The translations under genes and the position numbers were made by a program. A stretch of 23,840 nt of DNA from Chthoniobacteraceae bacterium (GTDB lineage: Bacteria; Verrucomicrobiota; Verrucomicrobiia; Chthoniobacterales; Chthoniobacteraceae): the NCBI GenBank assembly GCA_040081625.1, contig JBEBGD010000087.1, forward strand, positions 1 through 23,840, in the 5' to 3' direction. The first letter of the stretch is position 1, and every line of letters starts with the position of its first letter. Positions 23,663 to 23,840 of this stretch are shown here, piece after piece. The notes under the pieces were generated by a model. The model had not been told where the DNA came from. It was given only the letters and a program-made list of their open reading frames with translations, and searched no databases.

Positions 23663-23840
23663 ATGCTTCTCCGACTCTGCTCGCTTGTCGCCTTCGCCTT
23701 CGCCGCATCTGCGGCGGATTTTTCGCTGAAAGAAAACCCGGGCGAATCGCTCGACGTGCTCAGCGATGGGAAGCTGATCGCGCGTTACATGGACGCGCAC
23801 GACACGTCCACGCCCGAGCGGCAGGCGGAGACTTACAAGC
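23663..23840 (+). CDS. Secreted protein, probably DUF6807/PmoA-family (3'-truncated)
   Basis: Not in the ORF track. It translates as MLLRLCSLVAFAFAASAADFSLKENPGESLDVLSDGKLIARYMDAHDTSTPERQAETYK, a signal peptide followed by an LDV..DGK..ARY...K segment resembling PVC-group DUF6807 proteins. Confidence 0.6.
   Translation, partial: MLLRLCSLVAFAFAASAADFSLKENPGESLDVLSDGKLIARYMDAHDTSTPERQAETYK

Noticed and set aside
23663..23840. Methane monooxygenase subunit
   Set aside because: The PmoA label on this soluble secreted family does not denote the membrane pMMO subunit, and there is no pmoCAB context.

Overview
GC-rich bacterial DNA, most likely Verrucomicrobiota (inferred from a PEP-CTERM beta-strand-repeat protein and pyrimidine-rich, SD-less start contexts). 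From left to right: the 3' part of an IscU/NifU-type Fe-S scaffold gene, sufT and a coupled lysylphosphatidylglycerol-synthase-TM (flippase-like) gene on +. Converging on these is a long minus-strand run: rplI, dnaB, a 14-kb gene for a 4685-aa secreted beta-strand-repeat protein with a C-terminal PEP-CTERM anchor, and two overlapping GT-C-like polytopic membrane glycosyltransferase genes. Divergent on + are a cupin, a secreted SGNH hydrolase and the start of a probable DUF6807/PmoA-family secreted protein. The giant protein is the most interesting element. It is built from ~890-aa super-repeats, and two unrelated domains (a ~258-aa DUF4394-like domain and a ~70-aa module) are plugged into the same equivalent loop of its repeat. 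It lies directly upstream of candidate glycosylation machinery. No mobile element, CRISPR array, tRNA or rRNA was seen. All family calls are from motif recognition by eye, not from database searches.
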